Assembly (NCBI GenBank): GCA_951406725.2
Contig: OX597818.1
Location: 113,956,001-114,020,000 of the forward strand
DNA from: Octopus vulgaris
Taxonomy: Eukaryota
Direction: 5' to 3'
Length of the DNA stretch: 64,000 nt
Shown here: one piece after another, positions 13,448-25,293 of the stretch
Numbering within the stretch: the stretch's first letter is position 1
How the letters are laid out: the number at the start of each line of letters is the position of its first letter
Program-made: the position numbers and the translations under genes
Notes under the pieces: generated by a model
What the model saw: the letters and a program-made list of their open reading frames with translations, nothing else
What the model was told of the DNA's origin: nothing
The model's database searches: none

Positions 13448-15123
13448 ATAAACCCCTGTAACTGGCTTTCGTTGACATGGAGAAAGCCTTTGACAGGGTC
13501 TCCCGTTCCCTTATCTGATGGTCAATGAGGAAACTAAGGATAGGTGAATGGTTAGTGAGAGCTGTACAAGCCATATACAGGGATGCTGTCAGTAAGGTGA
13601 GTGTTGGCAACAAGTACAGTGAAGAATTCTGGGTAGGGATCCACCAAGAATCAGTCCTCGGCCCCCTCTTATTCATCATAGTCCTCCAGGCAGTAACAGG
13701 AATTCAAGACAGGATGCCCCTGGGAGCTTCTCTATGCTGATGACCTTGCTCTAATTGTTGAGTCACTATCAGAACTAGAGAAGTTTCAGGTATGGAAGCA
13801 AGGTCTAGAATCGAAGGGTCTTAGAGTCAATCTAGCAAAAACCATAGTCTTAATAAGTAGGAAGGCAGACAAATCACAAATCCCTTCAGGTAGATGGCCC
13901 TACTTGATCTGTAGATAAGGCATAGGTAGAAACTCCATAAGATGTACCCAGTGTAAGCTATGGACACATGAGGTGCAGCAATATCAAAGGAAGGCTAACT
14001 GGGAAGATAGTTTTTGTGTGTGGCAAATGCTCAGGAGCAATAAACACTGAAAATGTGCAGAGTACAGCTTCTGTCACATTCCTGGGAGAAAAACTAGAAG
14101 TAGTTGATAGCTTCCGTTACCTAGATGACCAAGTCAGTTGTGGGGGGGGGGGGTGCTCTGAAAGTGTAGCTGCTAGAAAAAGAATAGCCTGGGCAAAGTT
14201 CAGAGAGCTCCTACCTCTGCTGGTGACAAAGGGCTTCTTGCTCAGAGTAAAAGGTAGACTGTATGATGCATGTGTGTGAACAGTCATGCTACATGGCAGT
14301 GAAACATGGGCCATGACTGCTGAGGACATGCGTAAGCTTGCAAGGAAAGAAGCCAGTGTGCTCCACTGAATGTGTAATGTCAGTGTCCATACACGACAGA
14401 GGAAAGTTGGACTTAAGCAGCATCAGATGTGGTGTGCAAGAGAGACGACTGCGCTAGTATGGTCATGTGTTGTGAATGGATGAGGATAGCTGTGTGAAAA
14501 AGTGTCACACCCTAGCAGTTGAGGGAACCTGTGGAAGAGGAAGACCTAGGATTAGGTGGTGAAGCATGACTTTCGAACATTGGGCCTCATCAAGGCAATG
14601 ATAAGTGACCGAGATCTTTGGAGATGTTCTGTGCTTGAGAAGACCCAGCAAGCCAAGTGAGACCACAACCGTGGCCTATGCCAGTGCTGTATAACCAGCC
14701 AATTTAAGAGTACTCTTCAATCATTGGACAATAACTACACGTGTGAAGACCTGTTGAGCAAAGTGAAATCGTTGTCGTGGCCGATGACAGTGCTACCTGA
14801 TTGGCACCTGTGCCAGTGGCACGTAAAAAACACCATTCGAGTGTGGTCATTGCCAGGGCCGCCGGACTGGGTCCCGTGCAGGTAGCATGTAAAAAGCACC
14901 ATTTGAGCATGGTTGATGCCAGAACCACCTAACTGGCCCTCATACTGGTGGCACATAAAAGCACCCACTACACTCTCGGAGTGGTTGGTGTTAGGAAGGG
15001 CATACAACTGTAGAAACTTTGCTAGATCAGATTGGAGCCTGGTGCAGCCTTCTGGCTTGCCAGTCCTCAGTCAAACTGTCCAACCTATGCAATATGGAAA
15101 GCAGACATCGCACGACGATGATG
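13448..15123 (+). mobile_element. 5'-truncated RTE-clade LINE (RT, PHD-like finger, 3'UTR, GAT tail)
   Basis: AFVDMEKAFDRV, HQESVLGPLLF, LYADDL, FRYL, HGSETW; ends gacgatgatgat; inserted into a pogo-like MITE fragment (13352-13447). Confidence 0.9.
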
Positions 15124-18100
15124 ATACACACTCACACACACATTAGCATACTTGTATCATCGAAAATGCTGACAGTTTTATTAATGACAGAAAATAGCAC
15201 ATCAACACAATGAGCAAAACCATTAATAAATATCAGTAATCTAGTAAATATATATACATACAGAGAATTGAAGCTCTTGAACAGATTGCCGGTTTAGTCG
15301 CTGACGACCCGACCATGCAACAGGTTGTACTGGGTTACATGTTACCAGTAGCACACGAAAGTGACCTGACATACATACACACACATATATACATACACAC
15401 ACACACATATATATACATATATACACACATATATATATACATATATACATACATTCACATGTACACACACACACACACATATATATATACATACATGCAC
15501 ACACACATACACGTAAACTCCAATATTTAAAGGGGTAGAACAGGTAAAATATAAGCTACATATGTTTCTTAACTACCTGAAGCTCATTATATTTGCTTAT
15601 TGAAATTTTTTGTAACATTGATGTGGTAAAAAGTGTATAAACTTATGATGGTAATAAATTATTTCATTGTATACTGTCCACTTTTTGTTCTCTATACTAA
15701 CTGCCTATTGTTTGAAGCTTACAAACTTCCTACATTTGGATCCCTGTTCATGTGTGTATGTATATATGGAATGGGAGAGAGAGAGACTACTTTCAGTTAT
15801 TCCTGGAGCAAGCACAGCTATATCTATTATAAGTTTTTCTACATCTATATGTGCATAATGGATGCTCTGTTTTGTGGTTTTTAGTGTCTTGCGTAAATGT
15901 TAGTTTCAAAATCTTTACATTTGTCTTTAATTAGGTAATTGAAGCGCACAAAGAAAACCGTTTGGCTAAAGAGAAAATTGCTTTGTTGCCAAATTAATAC
16001 ATTTGTTATTGTTGCTCAAACTTTATTCTCTAAATGTTTGTTATTGTTGAGTAAACTATGCAGCTATTATTTAAAGAGAGAATGTTCCAATATAATACTT
16101 GATACAGGTGCTCCACTTTTACTTTAGATTTCCTAATAATTTTTATTGGCAAAATTGGTTGACCACCACAGCTTTTTGTGGTGTTCTGGTTTTAAATAAA
16201 CTTTGTCATTTATCCCTTTGGAGTAGATAAAATAAGTATTAGAGTTTAGAAACAGTATTGAAGGTGTGAAGCCTAATTTTGATAAGTGTGTGTGTGTGTG
16301 CATGGCTCTTAGAGAATGGCAATTTGTCAGGAGTATGAATAAATGATAATTGACAGCATTTTGTTGTGGCAATAAAATTGATAATGAATTTGTTCTTCCA
16401 CACAAGAGCAACTCCAGTCCAACAGGCTTCTGTACAGATTCACTTTATCCAATTTCACTCACATGGTTTGGGTCAACTTGAAGCTATAGTAGTCATTTAC
16501 ATAAAATAGCATACACTGAAATCGGGTCTTATGTTCAGGATGTGAACTTTCTAACTATATATATATCCTCATCATCATCATTTAATGTCTGTTTTCCATG
16601 CTGGCATGGGTTGGACAGTTTCACAAGAGCTGGTCAGTTGAAGAGCTGCCCATGTTCCATTTCTGTTTCGGCATGATTTCTACAGTTGGATCTGCTAGCC
16701 ATTTAGTTAAACTGAGTACAGTAAGGGAGCATAGTTGTATAAACCCTTCCTTAGTTTGCAGTAAATATTTTTTTCCCATAACTTAGAGGAGTAATTCCTT
16801 TAATCTTTGGCCTTACTCTAACTTGTGACTTCAGTATTGTCAGTATCCAACATAAACATATGTCAGGATCTGCAGGAAAGATGTATGTAGATAGGGAACT
16901 GAGGGTCATTTTGAAAGCTTGCAACAGAATGGACTTGAATAAACACCCTCTAGGTTTTGGTAGCAGTGCTTTAACCATTTAGCATTTAAACTGGTCATAT
17001 CCATCCAAAATATTTTACATGTTCTATGTTCAAACTGCCAGATCTAGTCACTCACACCAACCCTTCAATATCATTCTAAACATTTGCAGTTACCTCATCA
17101 AAATCTCAAAGCTACAAAATAATGTATGATTAATTCAAAACTATGTGAATAAATAAGGATTACTTTTGACAGAATAATATGAATACTAAAGGATTAATGT
17201 GAGTGGCAGGTTAGGACTGGTCATCCTACTATCTCAGGTGGCTGGCAATGCTCATTTTTATGCAAGAGATAGTGTAATTGATGTATGATGAAGGTGAGTG
17301 ATATGACATTCTATATTATATCTATAAAAGAGTAAAGTGAGTGATGATTGATCTGAGTGCTTCTTGTAGGTTACAAGAATTTGCAAGCTCTTTGTGTAAC
17401 TCTTGGTCATTCTTCATCAAGCCACCCTATGACCAAAGCTATAACCACTCCAACTTCGTTAAGTCCAGTGCACATGGAGCCACAGTGTCCTGGAATGCAA
17501 TTTATAAGAGAACTAGTTGTCAATTCTAGCAAGTTGAGCATTCAGGAGCTCTCCTTTGTTTTTGCATTGTCTAAGCTCACCTAACTAATGAACAACTTGA
17601 CTCTGTTTCTTGCATTGCACTGGGCCTTAAGAAAAGCTCTCAATGCTTGGGGATTTATATTGCATTCATTTTTTGTTTGTAAAAAAAACAAGGTGACACT
17701 AAATATTTCAATATATTCCAATATCCATGCTGAGAAAACTCGACTGTTGTGTACTGTAGCCTACTATTATGACACAAGGAGGGTTGATCTAATTGAGTAG
17801 TCCCTTCCCCATAAATGTCAGCCATTGTGCCTACAATAGAAGGAATTATTAAGACAAGAAAATATAGTGTGAGACTCCTGCATTTCTCAAGTGAGTGAAT
17901 GTACTCTCTTGACTATTTTGTTATTTTGGAATCATGTTGGTACTTAAGACCAAGTTAATTTTGTTTTGATGGAAAAAAATAAGAGCAATAAACAGTTATA
18001 AAGAGATATTGGTTTCTAAATTAGGCAGAAAGCCCTCATATTTTATGGGGTACATCTGTTTATATTGACCTGGATACTTGACTGGTACTTACTTATTGGC

Positions 18101-19299
18101 CTCTGAAGGGTGATGGCCAAAACCAACCTTTGATTGGAATTTAGAATGCAAAACATTTTGTTGGATGCACTACTGATTCTTTAATATCATTTGGCATGTA
18201 ATAAACTTAGAGACTTTCAATAGTTAAATACTAGAAAGGCATAGATGCTGTCTCATGGTCCTTCGAAACTTTACACAAAATCACTTAATGGAGAATACAC
18301 TGGGTCTCATGCATTAATATCTTTTTATCAGCTGCTTCAGTCTTTATAACATCCGATAAAAACAAAGGTTAGAAGCAGTTAAAAAACAATCTATCCAAAA
18401 TGGAAAATTAAATTGTGATTTTGAAATAGCTGAAGGAAAAAAAGTTACATTTATATTTGAAGGTACAAAACAATTGAAGTCTAATTTGGAATGATATGCA
18501 AAATGAATTTGTCATGTTTGTCTTTTTGAAACAAGATACAAATAAAATAAAATAAAATTAGCCTGGCAATTATATATAACCATATAAAATACATTCAGAT
18601 TACTCTTACCAAATGTAATGCTTATATCTTCATATTATTATGAATTACTCATTGTCTTTTAGGTTTGAGATTTCAATGATCTGACTCTTTAATTTAGGAA
18701 TGTAGTTGTTCTGTAAGTTATTCTTTGCCTTTATATGGTTGATTATCTTTTATGTATTAAATTTCTCGTAATTTATATTATTTTCTGTTTTTATTTTTTA
18801 CTATTTCAGTTAACTTATCACTTGGCTAAGGTATTGACGGAATCATTTTACATCTGCAACTTATGAAAACAATTTAACTATGGTTACCCAGTTTGCTCAG
18901 ACTTTTTTCCCAACTGACTGGAGTCCACATTGCCCATCTTGACTAATTTCATTGTGAGGTAAAAGTCAACTTTTACAACTTGAGTGTGCATTTGATGCAT
19001 GTTGATTCATTCTCGTTTCAGGAGGGATGCAATACAGGATTAGATCAAATATCAGGGGGAAAAGGGGTGGGGGTGTACAACAAAAAGAAAAGTATTTGTA
19101 GTGCTAACTGCTCTTGATTTCGTTGACAGTGGAAATAGAATTAAAATGATACAAGTTTGCAGAGATGTTGAGATTTAAATAGATGATATCGGTATCTTGG
19201 ACTGAATTATTTCATGCATTCTCCTTGTGTTAAAGACAAGAGGATGTGATTGGAGTGGATTTACTTTTTTTCTTAGGCTCTTTTATCACCTAGAATGTA

Positions 19300-20410
19300 G
19301 GAGTTAAATGACCAATGATCCATAGAGTTGGCATCTCCGATATCATGATCACTCTATAGTTGAGGATCTCACTGAGATGCAGCGTTTATCACATGGAGTG
19401 AGTTTAAGGACATTGTGCTTCTCCTCCAAATATGCATTTTTTCAGAGAAGTAGGATTTGAATGGTAAAACTGTATTGGAGTATGTACTGATAGTGCAGTA
19501 GCTATGACAAGGTGGAAAATTGAAATTTATGTCAGTCAAATCTATAAGCAAATATCCTACTACTTTCACTCAGTGCATGATTCATTGCAAGGTATTAGTG
19601 TCTAAAACAATCTCTGTGCGGCTGAATGCAGTGTTACAAGGTGCAGTTAAAACTTACTTTACTAAAAGTCATGCCATTGAATAAGGTGCCTCTTCACGAA
19701 TCTCCTTAACGAAATAGAATCCAATTTTAGCAAACTTTTATTGAGAACAGAAGTGCGGTGACTCTCAAATGGAGGAGCTTTGAAACAACTGTCAGGACAA
19801 AATTGATATTTGCTTATCACAAAGAAGAATGATTGTGCAAATGATGCTATTTGTCTGATGTGTTTTTAGAAAACTTAATCTTAATATATCTGTATAAGGA
19901 GAGACAACCAATATTTCCAGAAAATGATGAATGAGAAATATTCTCATACAAATGTTTTTCTTTTTGAAATTGAATTTTGATTTGTTTAAGCAAATAATAG
20001 TTGATCATCAGGAGAATCTAGAAAATAATTTCCAGAAATATCTCATGTTACATTTAGATAATAACTAATTGGATTGGATCCAGAATGTATTTGCAGTTGA
20101 AATAGAGCCAATAAAACTTCTGCTTTTAAAATCTCAGGAAGGATATACAAAACCTTCCAGTGATTCAACTTTAAAGCTTGAATCTTTTCTATGAAGGCCA
20201 TAAATGCTTTTCGACTTGGTCTTTGTGCTGAATATCCAATTTTGCCCAAATTAGTGATTGAACCTCTTCTAAATACTAAGTCAGTAGTTTTGGTGTTGAC
20301 TGACATTAATCCATCCGTCAAAAAAAAAATTTAGCAAGTCCATTGTTACATTGATATTGCCTTGAGACCAGCTTGAAAAGTTAAACCAAGATTTGATTTG
20401 CACAAAAATA
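19300..20410 (+). mobile_element. Decayed hAT (Buster/Charlie-type) transposase fragment
   Basis: TDSAVAMT, TQCMIHCKVLVSK, LLLRTEVR*LS match the TDGA..M / HC.IH / HTEVRWLS motifs; boundaries approximate. Confidence 0.7.
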
Positions 20411-21148
20411 ATGATTAAAGCTGTTTGTTTTTGTCTGCAATAAACTTATATTTTAACATCGATAAATTATTTATTGCTTTTGTAAAGAAAGAAAAAAATG
20501 ATCAGGGCTGCAATGGATTTTGGCACTTTTTTGGCCTGAGGGAGATAACATTTTTTAATGTTTTATTAATTTTAAGTTTGATTTTCTTTGGAAATGTAAC
20601 TTTGGAGATTTTTTTTTCTAGTGTTTTTGGTAAAGATTTTTTTTTGCATATTACAACTAATATTTTTCATGTTTTATATTTATATTGATTTAAATTTTTT
20701 TAAAATTTAATAGCTGCTACTGATTCTTGTGTATTTGAATTCTTGAATAAAAAAAAAAATCTACCTAATCATTTTTAAAGAAAACAAACCTAAGTTGTCT
20801 GTTTCATGAATAAAAAAAAACCCCTAGAATTTACTTCCTCTGTAAGGATAGATAATATGTAATTTAAGACTTTTTTTTAAAAAAAAAAAAGAAAAAAATT
20901 GTTTCATAGTTGGTGTTTCATCTGAAGAAAAACTTCATTAGCAGTTTTCTGAAGTAAATGTTTGTGTGTCTGGTCTTTTGTAGCAAAAATCGCCTAATGC
21001 CTAATGTTTTTATCAAAAATGCACAAGATCCTTTAAGCAAAGGAGAGCCAGAATTTCTTTTGCTGAGCAGGGGTCGAGAGGTCATTACAAATTTCTTTTT
21101 GGTTTAAAAAAAAAATGGTTGTGACTAAAAATGTTTGAAAACACTTAA

Positions 21149-21350
21149 CCCTTTAGAAATCAGCTTACTCTGTCAAATATAATGCTTATTTATTCACATT
21201 GTTTTGAATTAATCATGCATTATCTCATGGTTTTGTGATTTCAATTGTTTACTTTTAGAGTGATTTGTAGAGTAGGTGTGAGAAGCTGGATCTGGCCAGT
21301 TTTAACTCAGAATATTTGAGCTGGATCTGGCCGGTTCAAATGCCAAAGGG
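21149..21350. mobile_element. piggyBac-like MITE (second family)
   Basis: TTAA|CCCTTT ... AAAGGG|TTAA; relatives at ~16972-17197, 30150-31008 (split by RTE), 44700-45113 (split by SINE), 50413-50580. Confidence 0.65.
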
Positions 21351-22982
21351 TTAAAGTGATTAGTGTTAGCTTTTGTATTCTGAGTTGAAGTCCTGCTGGT
21401 GTGAACTGTACTTCAATTTTCATTTTGTATGGAGTTGTTTAAATCTATTTTGTTTGCAAAAATCTGACTGTATTTTGCCAAAATAAAAAAGAAATGGTAA
21501 TGTTGGTTCATCAGTATTGTTTAGCAGAAATAGATGCATGGGTAACCAAACCTGCATCTAGTTTAGATTCTTTATTGTTGGCATTTTTCTTCAGTTAACT
21601 TAGTAATGTCCTTTAGAGAAGCATGAATGTTACTAAATCTTATTTTTCCCCTCCATGTTCAAATAGACTGAAGAGATAAATTCGTAAATTACTCAGCTGA
21701 AGAGTCAGGGTTTCATATTATACTGTTGTCCTTGGTAAGTGTCCCTAAATGAAGTAAATAATTGTTTCAGTAAGTGCAGTTGGATTGCAATAATTTCATT
21801 CTCATATGAATATGGGGGTGCAAAAATGAAACACAATGGGGTGTGGGGAAAGAAGGTAGTCTTTAATTTTTTTTACTTCACAGTGTAAATATATATGTAT
21901 GTACGTCTAATGTTCATTAATCCATAGTTGTCAGTGCCATGTAAAAGCACCTAGCACCATTCTGTAAAGTGGTTGGCTTTAAGAAGGGCATCCAGCCATA
22001 GAAGCCATGCTAAATCAGACTGGAGTCTGGTGCAGCTCCCCAGCTTGCCAGCTTTGGTCAAACCAGCCAACCCATGTGCCAGCATGGACAGCGGATGTTA
22101 AATGATGAGGATGATGATTTAATAGAAATAATTTTTCTTTTTAAAAAGGTTTTTTTTAAAGCTTAAACTATTTTTCTCTTATTCCCAGTCAATTCTGTGC
22201 TTCACCTCTTGCATCTGTTTCAATACCAGTGACAAGATACAAAAGATTTTAGCCAAACAACCTCTTAACTTTGAGGCCAATACTATCTCCATCCATTAAC
22301 CCATTGATTACCAACTTCTTTTCTTCAATAACAAGATTATCCAATATCTTTTTTGTTTTGCTTGTAATCTCTTGTTGTGAATATTGATCATGTAACTACT
22401 AACAATTGGACATTATAGAGTTTGAATAGGCTGGCAAATTTGTTGAATAATTAATTTGATTATGTCCATGTGTTAATTTTACTTACTTTATTAATTATCT
22501 AATTGTATAGATTGTCTGGTTGTATTTCCAGTTATAAACTACATGCTTGTAAAACAGTCTTGGCTGCAATATAGAGTGCTGGTGTCCTCAACTCCCTTCT
22601 AGAGGCATGCACATTGCCAGGTATTTACAGTTATTGTTAGCTCAAAAACGGCCAATGTTATTCTTATATCCTATTTGTTGTGTTGTATTGCGACCATCTC
22701 TTAAAAGTATTGTGGCCAAATTTTTTGAGGCAGGCAGTCATGAAGATTAGTGATGTACAGGAAGGAGGAAAATGCAGTTTGAGAATCATTGGTGTAAAAT
22801 CACTTGGTTGATCTAGGACTTGAGCTTCTGGTACAAGATTTTGTGAGGGAGAAAATCTGGCAGTTCATGGCATGGACTTGGAAAAGTGCATATTAACATG
22901 AACAAAAATGAGTCTACAATTGATTCTTGAATTACTGCATTGATGTGTGTATATATATATGTGTGTGTGTGTGTGTGTATCT

Positions 22983-23372
22983 CTTATCTCTCTTACTTGT
23001 TTGTCCTTAGACTGTGGCTGTGCTGGGGCATCACTTAAAGTTTTTAGTCAAATGAATTTACCCCAGGATTTCTTTATTTTTATAAGCCTGGTACTTATTC
23101 TATCGGTCTCTTTGTCAAACTGTTAAGTTATGGGATGTAAACATATCAGCACCAACACCGGCTGTCGAGTGGGAAATTCTCCCTCCATATCTCTCTCTCT
23201 ATCTCTCTCTTACACACACATGATAGGCTTCTTTCAGTTTCCATCTACCGAATTTACTCACAAGGCTTTGGTTAGTCTGAGGCTATATTAGAAGACATTG
23301 GCCCAAGGTGCCACACAGTGGGACTGAACCTGGAACCGGGAAGCAAATTTATTACCAGATATCCATGCCTGT
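22983..23372 (-). mobile_element. tRNA-derived SINE family A
   Basis: Reverse-complement similarity to 7641-8027. Confidence 0.8.
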
Positions 23373-23859
23373 ACCTGCAAACTTCTTAGTGCACACACAC
23401 ACACACACACACACACTATTTTAGAGCTAAGTTATTAAAGGTTTTTTTCTTTTCCGTACTGTTTTTCCATATTGTTGATGTGATATTTTCTGTTGTGCAA
23501 TTTAAATTCAATACATTTTATCAATTGAATCATAATTGTATGTACTCAGAAAATGTATTTGTAGTGTAAGCAGTCATATTAATTCATGGCTATTTAAAGC
23601 AGCTGAAACATTCTCCTCTCTTTCCTCATCATTGTTTCAATTTTTATAAAAAAATTTTTATTCATGCTGATATGAATTTGGAAGTAACAGCAACTATGAA
23701 CTGTCTATTGAGTTAATGGACTTCATTTCATAAATGCATCTCCTGCTAACTGTTCCTCCAAACTTCAGCCTCTGGTGCTTTGTCAACCTGTCAGAGATCC
23801 CATTGCATGCTTTAAATCCTTCATTGCTTTCATTGAATGCAATGTCAAGATTGTAACTA

Positions 23860-24026
23860 CAGTAATCCCTCGATTATCGTGGGTGTTACATTCCAAAATC
23901 CCCTGCGATACGTGAAAATTAATTTTATAATTTATATATATTTATTTTATTATAAATGCATAACAACACCATGGTGGAATCAACGTAAGCTTAAACAATA
24001 AACCGCAATATGGTGAGGTATTGCTG
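23860..24026. mobile_element. Tigger-like MITE
   Basis: TA|CAGTAATCCCTCG ... GAGGTATTGCTG; longer relative at 28393-28877. Confidence 0.65.
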
Positions 24027-24933
24027 TGTTCCTTAAATATTTATCATGGCCACTTCAAATAACACTTTTGAATTTTACATTCTCTTTTATTTAAAGCTTT
24101 CATGTTGGTGTATATGCTTGTAGGTTTGGAACATTTCTAAAAATACTATTCTATATTTTTGAGATGAGGAATTCATCATCATCATCATCGTTTAACGTCC
24201 GTTTTCCGCGCTAGCACGGGTTGGACGGTTCGACCAGGGTCTGGGAAGCCAGGGGCCGCTCCAGGCTCCAGTCTGATTCTGGCAGAGTTTCTACGGCTGG
24301 ATGCCCTTCCTAACGCCAACCACTCCGTGAGTGGATTGGGTGCTTTTTACGTGCCACCTGCACAGGGGCCGGGGGGTCCGGCATCGGTCACGATCGGTTC
24401 GAGCTTTTAACGTGCCAGGGACACGGGGGCAACGGGATGCGGGGTAGAGTTGAGTTGGGGGGGTCCAGCTGAGAAAGGTTTCACCAGTGAAAAGAGAGGG
24501 AGAGATAGTAAAGGGGTGCAGGTAATATAGGGGAGCACCAGTGGGGAAGGTTGGGGGAGGAGGAACGATGGCAGGAAGGGTTGGTGAAGGTTCGTAAGAA
24601 ATATAAACGTAGGATGTGTATATATATATATGGGTAGGTGTGGGGAAGGTTGGGTGGGTAAGGAGGAACGATGGCAGGAAGGGTTGGTGCAGGTTTGTAA
24701 GAAATAAAAACGTAGGATATTACGAGGCATGGAGGGGACTGGAAGGAGATAGTAGGATTGAGGCAGTGTCAGATTCAAAACAGGAGGAAGCGTAAGATCA
24801 GAGGGCGGTTGATGAGCTGAGACGCTAGCAGCTTGTCTTTTCTCAGTGAAAGCATATGAGGAGAAGGGGTAGGAAGGGGTGGTGGGGGAGGAGGAGGGAG
24901 TATCCGGTGTAGATGGTGAGAACAGTGTTCACC

Positions 24934-25285
24934 GGTATTGGTGGTGGGGGTGGTATTGGTGGTGGGGGGGTGGTATTGGTGGTGGGGGGGTGGTATTGGT
25001 GGTGGGGGTGGTATTGGTGGTGGGGGTGGTATTGGTGGTATTGGTGGTGGTGGTATTGGTGGTGGTGGTATTGGTGGTATTGGTGGTGGTGGTATTGGTG
25101 GTGGTATTGGTGGTGGTATTGGTGGTGGGTGGTGGTGGTGGTATTGGTGGTATTGGTGGTGGTATTGGTGGTATTGGTGGTGGTATTGGTGGTATTGGTG
25201 GTATTGGTGGTATTGGTGGTGGTATTGGTGGTATTGGTGGTGGTATTGGTGGTATTGGTGGTGGTATTGGTGGTGGGGGTGGGAG
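24934..25285. repeat. G-rich simple repeat GGTATT(GGT)n
   Basis: Directly visible; produces spurious low-complexity ORFs in all frames. Confidence 0.95.
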
Positions 25286-25293
25286 GGCGGGCG

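Noticed and set aside
18810-18958. Possible further 5'UTR exon (tttcag acceptor, GAG|gtaaaa donor)
   Set aside because: Splice-like signals only; cannot be distinguished from chance
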